DNA from: Longimicrobium sp.
GTDB lineage: Bacteria; Gemmatimonadota; Gemmatimonadetes; Longimicrobiales; Longimicrobiaceae
Length of the DNA: 34,051 nucleotides
NCBI GenBank assembly: GCA_035715345.1
Contig: DASTLD010000480.1
Location: 1 to 34,051, forward strand
Direction of reading: 5' to 3'
In this document: positions 32,785 through 34,051 of the stretch, piece after piece
Numbering within the stretch: the stretch's first letter is position 1
Layout of the letters: each line of letters begins with the position of its first letter
The notes under the pieces: generated by a model
Database searches by the model: none
The model's input: only the letters and a program-made list of their open reading frames with translations
What the model was told of the DNA's origin: nothing
Program-made: the position numbers and the translations under genes

Positions 32785-33966
32785 GTGCGGGGCCCGCGGG
32801 ACACGACGGCTCTCCGTGCCGGGGAGGCGCACGCGCGCTTCCTCGGCACGAAGTTCTTCTCCACGCTGGACGGCCTGCGCGCGCTGGCCATCGTGTTCGT
32901 GGTGGGGCACCACGCCATGGGCACGGAGCACTGGCTGTTCGGCTACGAGGTGCACTTCGCCCTCTTCTTCGGCATCAGCGGCTTCCTGATCACCACGCTG
33001 CTGCTGCGCGAGCGGAGCCGGTACGGCGGCATCTCCCTCAAGCGCTTCTACATCCGCCGCGCGCTGCGCATCTACCCGCTCTACTACGCGGTGCTGGCGC
33101 TGTACTGCCTGCTGGTCTTCCTGACCGAGCGCGGCACGGCGGCCGGCGCGGCGTTCTGGGACAACCTGCCGGCGTTCGCCACCTTCACCACCAACTGGTT
33201 CGTCCCGTTCGAGCGCGGCGACCGGGTGATCTTCTACTTCGCCTGGTCGCTGGCGGCGCAGGAGCAGTTCTACCTGGTGTGGCCGTGGATCGTCAGCGCG
33301 CGGCGGCGCTGGGTACCGGTCGCGTTCCTGGCGGCGCTGCTGGCGGCGGACGCGGCGGTGGCGGCGGCGCTCTCGGCGGGGTGGCTGGAGATGGGGGCCA
33401 CGGGCGCGCGCATCGCCACCAGCGCGTCGGCGCCCATCCTGCTGGGCGCGCTGCTGGCCTACGCGGCGCACCACCGCGCCACCTTCGCCGCCGCGTACGG
33501 GGTGCTGGGGCGCGCGTACAGCCTGCCGGTGGCGTTCGGGGTGATGGCGGCGCTGTACGCGGTGCAGGCGCCGGAGCCGTGGATGACGCTGGCCATCGTG
33601 GCGGTGGTGGGCGCGGGGTGCATCCGCCCGGACCCGGCGATGCGCTGGGCGTTCGCCAACCGGCCGCTGGCGTGGGTGGGCACCATCTCGTACGGGCTGT
33701 ACCTGATGCACATGCTGTCGCTCAACGTGGCGCGGCGGCTGGAGCTGCCCGCCTGGCCGGAGTACCTGCTGGGGCTGGCGATCGCGATCGCCGCGGCGGC
33801 GGTGAGCTACCGCTGGTTCGAGTCGCCGCTGCTGGAGCTCAAGGACCGCTTCGCCGGCCGCCGCCCCGCGTCCGGCTGGGGCGAGGACGCCAGGCACTCG
33901 CAGCTCCCCACGCCGGCCTCGGCGCTGGCGCCCGCGGCGTCGGCGGCCGCGCCGAACGCGGGGTGA
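32785..33966 (+). CDS. Acyltransferase_3 (OafA/YrhL-like) membrane O-acyltransferase
   Basis: LDGLRALAI..VV..H, LFF.ISGFLIT..LL.E, FY.RRALRIYP.Y, WSLA..EQFYL.WP, G.ISYGLYL.H, SY..FE.P. Many transmembrane helices. Confidence 0.93.
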   Translation: MRGPRDTTALRAGEAHARFLGTKFFSTLDGLRALAIVFVVGHHAMGTEHWLFGYEVHFALFFGISGFLITTLLLRERSRYGGISLKRFYIRRALRIYPLYYAVLALYCLLVFLTERGTAAGAAFWDNLPAFATFTTNWFVPFERGDRVIFYFAWSLAAQEQFYLVWPWIVSARRRWVPVAFLAALLAADAAVAAALSAGWLEMGATGARIATSASAPILLGALLAYAAHHRATFAAAYGVLGRAYSLPVAFGVMAALYAVQAPEPWMTLAIVAVVGAGCIRPDPAMRWAFANRPLAWVGTISYGLYLMHMLSLNVARRLELPAWPEYLLGLAIAIAAAAVSYRWFESPLLELKDRFAGRRPASGWGEDARHSQLPTPASALAPAASAAAPNAG

Positions 33967-34051
33967 TGCGGGCGCGGGTAGGCGCCAGGAGAAGGGTGCC
34001 TCCCGTGGGCGGAGGCCCCCTCCCCGCTCGTTCCTCGCTGCCCCTCCCCCA

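Noticed and set aside
34005-34051. Possible start of another palindromic repeat at the window end
   Set aside because: It is truncated by the window edge and cannot be evaluated.

Overview
High-GC bacterial DNA; the intergenic repeat style and gene content suggest a Gemmatimonadota/Longimicrobium-like host, which is inference only. The window opens with the 3' part of an Rhs toxin gene and a DUF2247-like immunity gene. A ~23 kb co-oriented, headless contractile phage-tail locus follows (2816-26036). It encodes a sheath, tube, tail-assembly chaperone, a disordered protein in the tape-measure slot, a Mu-gpN/P2-gpU-like tube initiator, a 1211-aa helical protein, a split gp27-like hub plus gp5/gpV-like spike, an Afp10/Pvc10-type spike tip, gp25, an enlarged baseplate J, a wedge protein, a fibre adaptor, two modular tail fibres, a small coiled-coil protein and a terminator/cap-like protein. 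No capsid, portal, terminase, integrase, lysis, Afp15-type AAA+ ATPase or T6SS membrane genes are recognisable. Three signals stand out. (1) A programmed -1 frameshift (A AAA AAG at 5167-5173), missed by the ORF track, gives a lambda G/GT-style chaperone pair. (2) A DNA polymerase I thumb subdomain appears grafted into the terminator/cap-like protein (22974-23192). (3) The two fibre genes are built from shuffled modules and share a 186-bp near-identical block. The right end holds recQ (two HRDC domains), a VOC/glyoxalase, a secreted protein with thioester-domain-like motifs, a GH5 lipoprotein and an acyltransferase_3, plus several palindromic dispersed repeats. All family calls come from motif recognition by eye, not database searches.
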